Source: a virus | DNA: 64,000 nucleotides | Reading direction: 5' to 3' (one strand) | Virus record (IMG/VR): IMGVR_UViG_3300027769_000875 | Coordinates: 1 to 64,000 of that record | In this document: in pieces, positions 50,301-59,208 of the stretch | Numbering within the stretch: position 1 is the first letter of the stretch | How the letters are laid out: every line of letters begins with the position of its first letter | Notes under the pieces: generated by a model | Seen by the model: only the letters and a program-made list of their open reading frames with translations | Database searches by the model: none | Told to the model about the DNA's origin: nothing | Made by a program: the position numbers and the translations under genes

Positions 50301-53300
50301 CATCAATTTTGGAAAGATTAATTAAATCTTTTAATGAACTTGTATCAAGTCCAAACTGAGGTAGGTTTTCTGCAAGCCATTGTGATTCTGTCAAGATATC
50401 TTGCTCAGTAGCAACTTCAATACCTGTACCTTCAGAAATAGAGAATGGAACATCATCGTCAGTAAAGTCAATTACATCATTGTCTTCATCATTCTGATTT
50501 TCGTCTGTAACATCTTTTTCTGTTTCAGCAGTATCATTTAAGACGATTGGCGTACTACTAACATTATCAGGTGTAATTTTTACAGGAGCATTTTCTTTTT
50601 CTGCAACATCATCCACAATAGCTTTATCTTCAAGTGTCTGGTCAAGATTTTCAGAAGTTTGATCAGCCATTGATACATTAACAGGAGATTTTGCAACAAG
50701 ATTAAATGATCTACGACCAGTAGACTCATACACTTTTACATTTTTCATGGATCTGTTGTATGAACTTCTAGCATCACTTTGAGTAGACAATGGTGAGTTG
50801 ATTTTCAAAACACGAACACCTTCGTCATTTTCTCTTGAGAATAAATCTTCTATTTGGAAATTTGTATATGGAGCAAAGTCTTCATTAAGTGCATCTAAAA
50901 ATTCACCATACACATTATCAGGATTGGCCTTGATGTATTTTGTAACAGCATCTAGTACACTTACAGTAAACTTTTCTTGTGCAATGGATACTTGTTGTGC
51001 TAGGTTTTTAACATTTAGAGATGCTGTTGGTAGTTTAGCTAATTCAAATACTGTTGTATAGAATTGTACCAAATCATCTGCCTTGGATAAATCTAATTTT
51101 GATAACGCAATGTTTTCTGATTTTACAATACCAACAAGAGACCCTTGCGTAAGAGCTTTTGATAATGTCATAATATCCTTTTCAGGAATTATAAAGTTAT
51201 ACGCATACTTAGAATTATCAGACTTAAGAATGATATTACCATAGCGAGAATCTTTTGCACCTCTGTATGGACGTATTTCTACTTGTAATGCTCTTCCATT
51301 TTTAATAGTAGATGTTGCAAAGTCAATCGTCAACTGTGGTTCTGCTTTACCTGGCATTCTTACAGGATCAAACTGATACATTGTCTTCTGCATTGCTCTT
51401 ATGTTTGCAGATTTATTTGCATTAGTTGGATCAATAATTGTTGCCATAGTTGTAATAAACTTGGCAAAGAACTCAGGGTTTTGCAATTGATATACCTGAT
51501 CAACAATAGCATAAGAGATTTCACCAGTAGATGGAAACTTCAATACAAAATGCATTGTCTTTTGAACACGTGTTAATGGTTGATTTGTTTTCATCAACTC
51601 AGTCAATCGTGAATCCTCTTCTTGAAATAATGTTTTTACCTTTTCATTTAAGTTAAGAACATCATCAATATACGTTTTCTCAGTAACAAGTTTAACTTCT
51701 CCATCTGGCATTGTTACTTTGATTCTTTCATTGGCTGCTAAAAAGGTAGAACTAACATAGTTAATGGTAGCAAACTTTGGATCAAATGTTTTGTAAAAGT
51801 AAAAAGGTAACTTACGTTCCTCTTCAGATACTGCATCTCCCTTTGCATCAATCTGCACTACTGTTACTGTCTGACTAAATTGAGGATTCTTTTCTACAAG
51901 CTCTTTAAGAGTTGTCTTTACAGGTTCTGAAGAACGCGTGTTTGTAAAGTCATACATCTGTAAGAAGTCATCAGTAACATCAACTGATGTCCCTACATTA
52001 AATGCTTCTTCAATCTTAGCTGCTATCTTGTCTTTAAATTCTTGATAGAGTTTTTGAGAAGCAACAATGGAAAGAATGTCAGAATTATTTAAGTCTTGTA
52101 TATTATTCCCTGCTCTTTTAATTGACATGTCCTGAAGCATCTTTAAATGTCCAGGATTTGTAAGATCAAGTTTTTCTGTAGAGTTATCGCTTGACACAAA
52201 TACAAAGTTGTCCATTGAGTATATGTAGAACTTTTTACCTGTTGCAAGTATCTCACCCACTAATGCAAAATCTTGTTCACTTGCTTTTGGTCTTGACACG
52301 GTAAGAACTTTACCATTTGGATTAGACTGAAGATATGCAACCTGAGTTGAGTTCTCAAAAGTTTCATAATCTCTTTTTGCAAGGCCTGCATATTCTGTTT
52401 CTGTAGCTGCAAGTTCTTTTAATCTTTGAACACGCATGTCACCAAAGTCACTCAGCTTAACAGCAGTGATTTTAACACCAGAAGATGGTGATGCCATTTT
52501 ATTTAATTCAGTAAGAACAGTCACATGATCTTCTGGATTGACAGCATCTATTGTTAATCCAGATGCAAAGAAGTCTTCTTTGAATACTTGCTTACCATCA
52601 TTTGAGTCAGACCAGTCAGCAGGTCTTGCTGATTTTTTTGCTATGATTGTTGCAGGATCAATTTCTGTAAGTGTTCCATCTTTCTCAATTTTATTAAGCA
52701 TGCCATCAAATTCAATAGCTTCAATCATAGAACCATCCTTCAATGTGACAAGGACGTTATCTAACTGAACAGCATCTGCAACAGAATCAATAGGAATATA
52801 ACTTGACTTAGGTTGTAAACTGTCAATGTAATCATCTATTGCAGAATACAACACTTGCTTGTATGATTCATCTGCTTTAGACAAATCGCCAATTACTCCT
52901 TTTAAGTCACCACGTATTTGGTCAATAGCATCTGTTCTATCTTCTATTGTGTCAAACTTATAAGTAGAAACATAATTTTTCAACAACTGAAGAACACCTC
53001 CAGCTTTTGTCAAATCTTGAAGAGTGATTAACGATTGCTTACTTAACTCCTCAATGACTTTTGATATGCCATCATAAGTTTGAGGTCTTGGTTTTTTTAA
53101 ATCAAAAAGCGTAAAAGCATTTGATAGATACTTTGCTGTATCATCAAACATGGAGTCTGTTCCAAGATTTATAATATCTAATCCTTTACCAATGTTGTAT
53201 TTCTCTTGATTTAAACCAGAAAGCCCATTGTATATATGGGCCATATTATGTAGAGCTAATTTCTTTTGCTCCTCTGTTAAATTTGCACTTAGAATGAATC

Positions 53301-53397
53301 TTGCTGCGTTATCATAGTTTGTATATACAGTTGGACTTAATCTAATTAAATTCTCTACTACAGGTATATATTGTTCAGTAGTTAAAACACATCCCAT
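41383..53397 (-). CDS. Giant virion RNA polymerase (two-barrel, crAss-like) fused to a zincin domain, 4004 aa
   Basis: GVRIPTEDKRSM and AGSDFDIDSL (DxDxD, 45175-45189), DGAKDP; YHEAFH (50212-50226) followed by EEILAD. Confidence 0.88.
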   Translation of the reverse strand: MGCVLTTEQYIPVVENLIRLSPTVYTNYDNAARFILSANLTEEQKKLALHNMAHIYNGLSGLNQEKYNIGKGLDIINLGTDSMFDDTAKYLSNAFTLFDLKKPRPQTYDGISKVIEELSKQSLITLQDLTKAGGVLQLLKNYVSTYKFDTIEDRTDAIDQIRGDLKGVIGDLSKADESYKQVLYSAIDDYIDSLQPKSSYIPIDSVADAVQLDNVLVTLKDGSMIEAIEFDGMLNKIEKDGTLTEIDPATIIAKKSARPADWSDSNDGKQVFKEDFFASGLTIDAVNPEDHVTVLTELNKMASPSSGVKITAVKLSDFGDMRVQRLKELAATETEYAGLAKRDYETFENSTQVAYLQSNPNGKVLTVSRPKASEQDFALVGEILATGKKFYIYSMDNFVFVSSDNSTEKLDLTNPGHLKMLQDMSIKRAGNNIQDLNNSDILSIVASQKLYQEFKDKIAAKIEEAFNVGTSVDVTDDFLQMYDFTNTRSSEPVKTTLKELVEKNPQFSQTVTVVQIDAKGDAVSEEERKLPFYFYKTFDPKFATINYVSSTFLAANERIKVTMPDGEVKLVTEKTYIDDVLNLNEKVKTLFQEEDSRLTELMKTNQPLTRVQKTMHFVLKFPSTGEISYAIVDQVYQLQNPEFFAKFITTMATIIDPTNANKSANIRAMQKTMYQFDPVRMPGKAEPQLTIDFATSTIKNGRALQVEIRPYRGAKDSRYGNIILKSDNSKYAYNFIIPEKDIMTLSKALTQGSLVGIVKSENIALSKLDLSKADDLVQFYTTVFELAKLPTASLNVKNLAQQVSIAQEKFTVSVLDAVTKYIKANPDNVYGEFLDALNEDFAPYTNFQIEDLFSRENDEGVRVLKINSPLSTQSDARSSYNRSMKNVKVYESTGRRSFNLVAKSPVNVSMADQTSENLDQTLEDKAIVDDVAEKENAPVKITPDNVSSTPIVLNDTAETEKDVTDENQNDEDNDVIDFTDDDVPFSISEGTGIEVATEQDILTESQWLAENLPQFGLDTSSLKDLINLSKIDGTVLGMFKDRIIYLNDTITGKGTIYHEAFHGVFRYLLTDTERKALVKQIMDDPKHADNFTSLSLKEFARVRNLSITNYDTLAELVAEEILADGFQKYMSKERKAKPKTALQRFFEMLKKLLNFFVKNRTQIEAVYDRVKTGYYKTATIKSDVFNGQVAYELIDGLVKYNNNEQGNVEKKNSTLSVSEQNQLIDMMVGVIFQDAVQSDTFETKFQRAADKILNEVYSMEKLVAQNPAAREQIEKDYGPLISSYRFILGARMKGLNVNDINLTGDSKYDNKANLNKIRLINGEVIDNTMGQYSFETLRRLVKDKYTKANSVQIARENDEYTLDSEEVEDTFNGDNANEVQDDERVSAQEELESNDFDSGMAEYNRMDSYVAQIRRFFSTLRSDQFDEKNGIYFPRMIDGQVLFPTLLKITAGINPKNIIDSIGVMSEQMIEDGYAQVGKDLQVIFNEIQTRTKADSNGVAQTNKQLLNLIVEVLHGVELNNVMFNVSTPRKINMEDITSGEELLRSESVNFRVFDKVVDADVTKKRNDIISGFIKKHSTDANNDEFKQAVQYLKNFATNFMTAPDILDGMVGQTMKLEKLTNEIHNAMITIGMRVPKSLVRLSLMGINKVENNINLDVDMRLQKFYDVNEDFVRQEQYLEKDFFRSLKIVLDASYLESGKPNSGIRNILDDEKSRNKDAKRLLTILKKASAYVVKYDPTEIPSVVKNAEGKPIYRFTKYNPLLLLGQRLNTMTLEEALADDPYFENTLRAFIEDNALLGPILRGEANEDSVKMQLFLDNFTVAMFGGVQQRIGDVTKKGQTFKSVDERSLHMLQVLAFMDKKVLRDKGGNEISTYLRSFHQLEATSTNFLISALYQPFTSKEAKQTNDKGQLLYQGKYLKIVEDLVAIVNQEYNRASREWNRRLDLKANFENGKSNDLINKYNAVLQDDNVTANVDDSSLRAYRFNILEDFFDDPNNQSLRDDLIDLAKKQVAFEEIDMQDLLSALNDYAQKEFQTYLEKLETLGLIEKLPINEKDKKAEIRPAVAALLPAEYYSSSMLPTSVKEGFAKRSLTDAYGTPHGTNEASAIEPIEKLLFDMFMNNWRNGLHLNQLMDGDMALNVKNAQDYVKRLKKIVASGSNMKNGTHKVAYMNTITAFIHEEFPQYGPYFNAEQIESDFTIPNNNIREELLEGFEKAKGNTVENVNGRVVKWADMMREIFDGQSISSLMHQIDMHDTLGRLDDRGLYILIAKHYRAITQDEARYLESMKIVNNAKKTITADRNVYHKQSESYIDRTDVSILDIAPQNDESIDDATARVYDELHGLYMAVYDLRKDRELAAEMPDAKNQITKIDIEIQNLYRDIHSYYRAMPHREMMHNILNSMELFQIDQLMDTTASKNATLLPIDVFFSERTEDGYINLKMAALDVPNSAKYLQVETSGVKDKAKHSVQSKLLLPANINEEEFRKIIETEVRKTGRTVSEGDIIAMQNIKTALNDYQLSLRQATKARLLYFTQVLRKGDDFDMGKLFTMIRDSLQQQNAPKNILDMFAVKPDGTPVFSPNLSLIRSTLEYYLLAQYSKNVTDEKVSGFKNFHESSFGYNVLFDTQENRVVTTQEIGENPKEFENTARYSSRPLGISVEEQADGTKLYYVEAIVPKPFFENAQQEQFYMDNLTRMFGVRIPTEDKRSMIALKVVDFTDSSKMNNIIVPHFVHLLAGSDFDIDSLFGRMMSYYKNGKGNYSLYGDYSIYENPEVGEFIEFMHYMAKHEDIAPAIKQRKQELINEGTIEMPGEGPLFEVMEALGFGDEKFRGAFTQVALKSKYTEQLDFTNYMFELTKESKELYVKAKEIAEQNPENRELAKTRNVYGKELGDLKAIRKESVRKQRQTKELLNYLDSVFEYQAIMDTLAKYGIPSNVSQYISQIGFSEMVSPKYQNKNLAASLQILANEAVFNFLYINQRSSTQEFKDILSAFGIDLKAITKKSNLFTPTNMIESKVENNMNKDGIGRTAVMNKFLSLASQYNLKLSDKAIVWAYQTIEGRIVLKDTFGQMNEKDQRVIAIIGNILGMFADGAKDPIPAALQMNEVNASTTLAMIGVGLDPEFALAFNFLPEVRQAALAVQQSQFALSEDLEQDYKFYNSAVKEQLADLIEKDESALNRLKAAGVVTPKSFKDMVILDNPLKIKIGFAPKKLSLYALKNNQLTPSAIGFEMVYDDNNQPLTENEMKIVLLLYYAKQAQQTWAINRAASITNLFKRLNPSLVAFDKMRDNINELKDEEKLFDKESAADLFGDNQVWSILSEALDDANEQFSKIFLERTPFFMPITTAFKGYFEDPKTISNTLTSFLALNKFKMTYPGSRKVNNPAIQSLLDNDDEVILRTFTPEYWFTNDLFTQVERFREKYPDNEFLKLLRQSESKNTATVLFNGKSYQGISERFISMISKAKVKGDYASKIADDIAFLYNQGGTDERQFVKSLFYHDLVRTGLQYKEGSFMAYMPAELKVPLSGYIDEFIQGIESVVQSKNFEEDFKSFMLNYTGEKSQDGVVKFFDEMFDQIAYAAASENNNRKIPKFRDKNNTRGVLFTINSKKPNFSKPIVKAFVDEKQEATKETLPEAKIKAMNYVLDALDLQFPEGTDLAKVDRINIADALGSEFTINLSGKNQKANITLGKMFGIQKDITEPDSVEFVFPSIMRIGLNTYVLQGIDNNASKGKSIGSNLYDSIMGTTTFSNIGTFAKYKVIPSQYASEALSPIAFSTENAETYKRYIDKKESIVFNTNIVDTNAGEKVGTDVKDENKKPDATKKPTENVVITDGISESQLKKNDPGVLQEGIDQETGVSQSQIDAGENSLAALMNILGKNPQPENAPKVPEIQRGRYVNYKGTTYIVTQQNANGTWQLYNPLLEGVKSKISVAEANMKALDMVAKIVDYKDSEYIVTSKNTIISLTTNKRMMWGEEDGNRKAILALAAQNRTIIKPNNRPSIDPTDENNC

Positions 53398-53409
53398 TTC
53401 TTTACGTAT

Positions 53410-56400
53410 TTATTTAAAACAAGAGTTTATCTTTCTCAGTTGATCTAAAATGGTCTCTTCAGAAACCTCACCCTCACTAACAAATTTACCAATTTTTTCT
53501 GAGATTTTGGCTAACTCTTTTTTGGTATCTTCTACAGTTTGAGTTGCTTTTTGTATTGCGTCATCATATTCAGCAATAAGTGTATCTAACTTTTCTACCA
53601 ATGCAGGGTTTCCTGCAAGATTTCTTTGACTAACAAGATCTTTTCTTTCTTTCTGATAGTCTGGTATAATAGCAGTTTCATAATCGTTAATGACAAACTC
53701 CAATGAATCAATGCGACTTTGTGTTCTTTTGTCTATCACAGGTTTGTTTGTGGTAATTGATTTTTGAATTGCATCTTTAATCTCAGCCAAAACTCTTTCT
53801 GTTTCAGCAACTGTAGTACGTTCAGGATATTTAATATCTGCTACAAGTTTTGCAAACGCAGTCTCATCAAAACCTTCTGGAACTTTAACATTAACTATTG
53901 TACGTCCACCACCTCTGCCAAACATGTCTTGACCCTCAATGATTACACCAAGCACTCCATTGTTGATGTAGTAATTGGTTTTACCATATCTTCTTAATTT
54001 AGATAGTTCTTCAGATTCATTGCCCATTTTTGTAGAGGCATCATCGCTGATAATACTTTCCATACCATTTTTTGTGGTAGATTGTACATTCAAATTTAAA
54101 ACTACAGGAGCTGTTGTTTGAATTCCACTTTTTTCTTTAGCATATAACTTTTTTAGTTTATCTATTACCTCTTCTTTAGTATTACCATAAACAGTCTCTA
54201 TATTTTCAAATATGCTTGCAGCATTATTTGGATCCCAATTTGGTCCAAAGTAGGTCCCTTCACCCCTAAACGCTCTATTAACTTCGTCAATGCTATATTG
54301 CATTCTCCTTTGTACATCATCTGTTGGTGCTTGTGCAGACATACTTTCAAGTCTGTCAAATAAATCTTGAACTGATTGCATAGGTAATGCAGGACCTCCA
54401 ACAAATCCTGAAGTTGTATCTTCAAAAAGATTTAATTGTTCTTGCTCTTGGCGTTCTGCCTTTTTTCTTTTTTGTTTGATTTTATCAAGAGGTACACCTG
54501 TTAGTATAGACTCTTTTATATCATCAAGATTACGTTTACCTTGTGGTATTTTGTAATACTCTTCTAAAGTTTGAATAGCAGTTTCATTTGCTTTATTGTA
54601 AGCACGTAAAGATATTTGTCCTCTACGCACCATTTGATCTACTTTATAAGTTGGATCTTCAAATGCTGTCAAGTCGCCTAGGTGCAATCTTGTCCAATCA
54701 ATATCTGTTCTTGCATTGTTAAGTTCATTTGCAAGATCATTTGCTTTTTCTTCAGATTCAATTTTCTCATCAGTAAGAGTTATTCCATTTCTAGAAACAA
54801 CGTCATAACCTTCTTCTGGATCTCCTTCAACAACAAATGGTTCTTGCTCATTCTCTGCTTTGTTTGTACCATCTTTACCAGTGCCATTAAGTTTTTCAAG
54901 TAACTCAAGTTGCGCTTGTGCTGCTGCATCAGCTGCATCTATTGTTGTGTTATCAAAGTTATCTAATGGATCTTTGGTTTCATCAAGCGTTCCTTCTGGT
55001 TGCTCAAATACTTGAGGAATTTCTTCGTCTACTGGTTCTTGCACAGGAGCATTTTCCTCTTCTGCTCTCAAACGTTCATCTTCTATAATAGACTGAATCT
55101 CAGATATTTCAGCAGCCTTTGCAGTCATAATTTCAACTTCACGTGGAGTTAAATCAATACCTTCAAGATCACGTCTTGCAATACTTTGCAATGTTATATC
55201 ATCAACTTCTTGATTCTGTTTGAAGCTTTCATACACCGTGTCTGATATTACCTCAATAGGTGTATTATTAAAATGCTCTACAACATCATCATTAGTAATA
55301 AGATTTCGCTCCATTGCCAAATTCAACACCTCATTCTCTGGCATTGCGTCAAGTTGTGCCATTTCAAATTCGCCAGTATTAACAAGAGCCTCTTTTGCTA
55401 AAGTTACTTTTGAACCATCCTGCACACCTCCATTTGCATTTTCATCAAAGTTTAAAGTTGATACAATAGAATCTACTTCATCTTTGTTAGCATTATATAC
55501 CTCACTTTGTCTATCAGACAATTGAACCTTTTGAGCAATTCTACGTGCAATAAGTGCAAGTGTATATCTTGGAACCTTTTTAGTTTTTTGAAACTCTTCA
55601 TACTGCATGTCGTTGATATCACCTGTAATGTCTTGAGTAGCATATTCATCAAGCATTTCAGCAATCTTGTCAGAAATTAAATCATTAAGTTTCTTAATGT
55701 TTTCTTGGGCAAACTTTGCGTTTTGCAAACCTGTGTTCTCATCAATACTAACTAGAACAAGATTCTTATAGTAGTCACTACTTGTAACAGCAGTAGATAG
55801 TTCCTCATATAGTTTAGCAGCAAGTTGTATTTTTTCTACAATATCTTCTAAATCTGAGTTGGAAGCTACACTTAAGATTATTTCTCGTAATCTATTATTC
55901 AGGTTATCTACAAACTCAAGTATTTCATATTTGAATCTACCATCTTGGATGTTTGTAAGTGTTTGGCGATAATACTCTGGATTAAACAACAAGTCCATTG
56001 CTTGTGTGTAGTCCTTAGAATCTTGCTCCAAACGCATGAAATCTACAACCTTATCAAGTGCATCACGTAACGATTGTTCTGATAACTGGTCTGATATGCC
56101 ATATTCTTTATTACGCAGATTGATAAATTCTCTAAATGTTTCTGCTATATCCTTATGATCTAAAGAGTAAACAGTTGTATTCTCATCAATAAGATTTCCA
56201 TCTTCATCGTAGTATTTGATAGAATTAATTGGAACTCCAACAAACGTATTATAGATTTTTTCTTTTTGATCTACTACCTCTCCTGTTTCAGTATCTTGTC
56301 TCATCGCAATAGTATCACGATCATCCCAAAATTCCATCCACTTATCATATAATTCTAATAAGCGTTTCTTATCTTTTATTTTTCCCTGTACTTGTTCTTT

Positions 56401-59208
56401 TTGTGCAGGTGTCATGTCTGTTGATTCTAAACTTTCTTCAAGAAGTTTAATGTCTGCAAGCATGTTACCTGACTCAGCTTTAAAGTTTTCAGGATTAGCA
56501 AGAACACGTAAGGCATACTCAGATGAGTTGGCCATTCCTGGGATTGCTAAAAGATCTTGAGATACTTTCTGTGCTCGCTCAGAAGCACGTGTTGCTTTCA
56601 TAGCATTAAGTGCTACAATACGAATTGCTTCTTCTTGAGCATTATGCATTATGATTGCAGTCATTTGTTCCTTTGATCCTTTTTCATACATCAAAGGATC
56701 AGGAAGATTGCGTACTTTTCTACGTATCCCATCAACAGTATCAGAATATTTTTTAACGTCTTTGGCCATTGCCTCAGTCATCTCAGCAGCAGAATTGTAT
56801 TTTGTATCTGAAAGTTTAATTCCAAATGCTGCTTCAAACTCTTCATTACTCATGGTCTTACCCATTTCACGAAGTGCTTGTTGGAAAGTAAGAATAGTAC
56901 CAGAACGATTAGCTGCCAATGCAGCACCAAGTACTGAATTATCCTGAGCATTTTGCCATTCATACTGATGACCTTTTGCTGCTGCTTCTGTCTGTGCTAA
57001 AGTAGAATCAACTTGGTTTGTAAAGTTTACAACATTGTCTTCAAACTTTTTACCTGACATCTGAGCCATGATATCATTTTGCAAATTGATATCACGTTTT
57101 AATTGCTCACGCATTTTTACATATGGATTCTCAGCAGGATTATCTTTGTACGCTCTTTCTGTTGCTTTCTCATTAAGATAACTTGTCATTTTACCAACAG
57201 TATGCGTAACAGGTCGTATCATAGATCCTGTCAATGCACCCTGTAAGAATGTTCTAAGTCCTTGTTTTGTGAACTGCTCATCAAGACCTTTATTAAAAGC
57301 TTGACCTAATGTATATTTAGTACCATTGTATTGTCCAGCATAATAGTATTTCCAACCAGCACCAGACATTTCCTGAAGGTTTTCTTGAATACCTTCAGTA
57401 ACCTCAAATTTTAGTAAGTCTTTTGCAAAAGCTTTACCTACCTCAAAGGCTGCTTGCTTTCTTCCAAAATCTTTAGCAATCTTTCCTGCCAAACCATATG
57501 TTCCAAAAAAACCTTTTTCATATGTTTTACCAAGAAGTTTGCTTGACTTCCACATTCTATTTACGCCAAGTGTGTTTTCAACACCCTCTTGTAAGATTTC
57601 TTTAGTCCATTTATTTGCTCCAATAAAACGATTAAATATAGTACCAAATTGTAATCTATTTGTGACTAGTAATAAGTTAAGATTTGTATTATAATTGGCA
57701 CTTGCTGATTTCATTGCAAGACCTTGCATTTTAGTAAACTCTTCTGCTGAAGGATTTTGACCTTCGTTGTCAGCACGATACTGCTCAACCATCATATCAA
57801 GAGTAGAACCATAAGATGTAACTGCTTCAAAGTTTGCCTCTGTAGAAGACATATTAAACTCCTGAGCCATGCGTCTCATGCCTTGCAATCCAATTCCTGT
57901 AAGCTTACCTGCATTTAATCCACCTTTAGCACCAGCTACAATCTTTTCACCATAACGTATTCCTGTACCAAGTATAGGCGTACCCTTTGCTAAATTGCCA
58001 GCAAGTTGACCAAATGATTTTGATTTGATAATGTTACGCATGTTTAGTGTGTAAATATCAAACACTTCTTTCATTGATGCACGCAATGCTTCAGAACCTA
58101 CTTTACCAGCACTACCTACAGCTTTTGCTTGATTAGCTTTCTGAGTAACCTTACCAGCTGCTGACAAAGCATCAGTAGATTGATTTGCAAATTGATATGC
58201 ACCTCTACCCATGTCAGCAACAAAATCAGTAAATCTAAATGCTGCTTGTCGTACCATTGAACCTGTACCTGCTCTAGCAGCTGTTTTAGCTCCAGCTACC
58301 GCTGCTTCTTTAGCACCAATACGTGTAGCTGTTGCACCAAATGATACAGCACCACCACCGCCAGTTGCAAATGTAATCGCTGCATCAGCAACAAGTTCTA
58401 ATCCTAATCCTGCAAATGTACCTAATGCAAAACCAGCATTACCTACAAACTCAGATACTGAACGTTTACTAAATATGTCATCTTCCTCTTCTGGTGGTAC
58501 AAACGTATAATTACGCATTGATTCTTTGTACTCTTCAAAATTAGAATCAATCATTTCACCTTCAGTGTACTTAAGCTTGTCCCAATCCCAATTCCAAATT
58601 GCTTCACCTATTCTTCCATAAGATGCAAAGTAATCTGTAAAAGTATTACCAAATCTTGTAGCAAAGCTGTCAAAACCTTTACCTAATGCGGATCCCCAAG
58701 TTTCTGCTTCAATATAACCCTTTTGCTTTTCAGGATTGAAGTAGTTAAACCCTTGAGGATCAAAATCATCTTGATATCTGAACATATCAATATCTTGACC
58801 TGCATATCTTGTTTTAGGACCAACAACTGGATTGATCTTTTCACTTAAAGTTTTTGGTTGAAATCTTTCAACAAATATCTCATTAGCATTTGAATCAATT
58901 ACTTGATTCATTGCGTTCATAAAATCACTTGGTTGGGGTGAAGGTTGTGTTGATATATTTGGTTTTGCAGGAGCAGAAGGTTGTCCAAAATTCTTTGCAC
59001 CATCCCCTGGTCCAGGAGCCACAATATTATTAATATCAAAAGATGGCGTAGATGCTTCAGACGTAGCTTGTATTTCTGCTGCGCCTAAATCTAGTGCATC
59101 TTCTACTGATAAGTTTTGCGACAAACTTGTTTCAGCACCCATACTTGCCTCAGCATTAGCAGCCATTTCTGCCAATTGCTGTGTTCCCATTTCTAGTTCT
59201 TCTGCCAT
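53410..59208 (-). CDS. Giant virion/ejection protein (1932 aa)
   Basis: Gly/Ala-rich hydrophobic segment (GFALGTFAGLGLELVADAAITFATGGGGAVSFGA), EGIQENLQ motif, helical body. Confidence 0.72.
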   Translation of the reverse strand: MAEELEMGTQQLAEMAANAEASMGAETSLSQNLSVEDALDLGAAEIQATSEASTPSFDINNIVAPGPGDGAKNFGQPSAPAKPNISTQPSPQPSDFMNAMNQVIDSNANEIFVERFQPKTLSEKINPVVGPKTRYAGQDIDMFRYQDDFDPQGFNYFNPEKQKGYIEAETWGSALGKGFDSFATRFGNTFTDYFASYGRIGEAIWNWDWDKLKYTEGEMIDSNFEEYKESMRNYTFVPPEEEDDIFSKRSVSEFVGNAGFALGTFAGLGLELVADAAITFATGGGGAVSFGATATRIGAKEAAVAGAKTAARAGTGSMVRQAAFRFTDFVADMGRGAYQFANQSTDALSAAGKVTQKANQAKAVGSAGKVGSEALRASMKEVFDIYTLNMRNIIKSKSFGQLAGNLAKGTPILGTGIRYGEKIVAGAKGGLNAGKLTGIGLQGMRRMAQEFNMSSTEANFEAVTSYGSTLDMMVEQYRADNEGQNPSAEEFTKMQGLAMKSASANYNTNLNLLLVTNRLQFGTIFNRFIGANKWTKEILQEGVENTLGVNRMWKSSKLLGKTYEKGFFGTYGLAGKIAKDFGRKQAAFEVGKAFAKDLLKFEVTEGIQENLQEMSGAGWKYYYAGQYNGTKYTLGQAFNKGLDEQFTKQGLRTFLQGALTGSMIRPVTHTVGKMTSYLNEKATERAYKDNPAENPYVKMREQLKRDINLQNDIMAQMSGKKFEDNVVNFTNQVDSTLAQTEAAAKGHQYEWQNAQDNSVLGAALAANRSGTILTFQQALREMGKTMSNEEFEAAFGIKLSDTKYNSAAEMTEAMAKDVKKYSDTVDGIRRKVRNLPDPLMYEKGSKEQMTAIIMHNAQEEAIRIVALNAMKATRASERAQKVSQDLLAIPGMANSSEYALRVLANPENFKAESGNMLADIKLLEESLESTDMTPAQKEQVQGKIKDKKRLLELYDKWMEFWDDRDTIAMRQDTETGEVVDQKEKIYNTFVGVPINSIKYYDEDGNLIDENTTVYSLDHKDIAETFREFINLRNKEYGISDQLSEQSLRDALDKVVDFMRLEQDSKDYTQAMDLLFNPEYYRQTLTNIQDGRFKYEILEFVDNLNNRLREIILSVASNSDLEDIVEKIQLAAKLYEELSTAVTSSDYYKNLVLVSIDENTGLQNAKFAQENIKKLNDLISDKIAEMLDEYATQDITGDINDMQYEEFQKTKKVPRYTLALIARRIAQKVQLSDRQSEVYNANKDEVDSIVSTLNFDENANGGVQDGSKVTLAKEALVNTGEFEMAQLDAMPENEVLNLAMERNLITNDDVVEHFNNTPIEVISDTVYESFKQNQEVDDITLQSIARRDLEGIDLTPREVEIMTAKAAEISEIQSIIEDERLRAEEENAPVQEPVDEEIPQVFEQPEGTLDETKDPLDNFDNTTIDAADAAAQAQLELLEKLNGTGKDGTNKAENEQEPFVVEGDPEEGYDVVSRNGITLTDEKIESEEKANDLANELNNARTDIDWTRLHLGDLTAFEDPTYKVDQMVRRGQISLRAYNKANETAIQTLEEYYKIPQGKRNLDDIKESILTGVPLDKIKQKRKKAERQEQEQLNLFEDTTSGFVGGPALPMQSVQDLFDRLESMSAQAPTDDVQRRMQYSIDEVNRAFRGEGTYFGPNWDPNNAASIFENIETVYGNTKEEVIDKLKKLYAKEKSGIQTTAPVVLNLNVQSTTKNGMESIISDDASTKMGNESEELSKLRRYGKTNYYINNGVLGVIIEGQDMFGRGGGRTIVNVKVPEGFDETAFAKLVADIKYPERTTVAETERVLAEIKDAIQKSITTNKPVIDKRTQSRIDSLEFVINDYETAIIPDYQKERKDLVSQRNLAGNPALVEKLDTLIAEYDDAIQKATQTVEDTKKELAKISEKIGKFVSEGEVSEETILDQLRKINSCFK

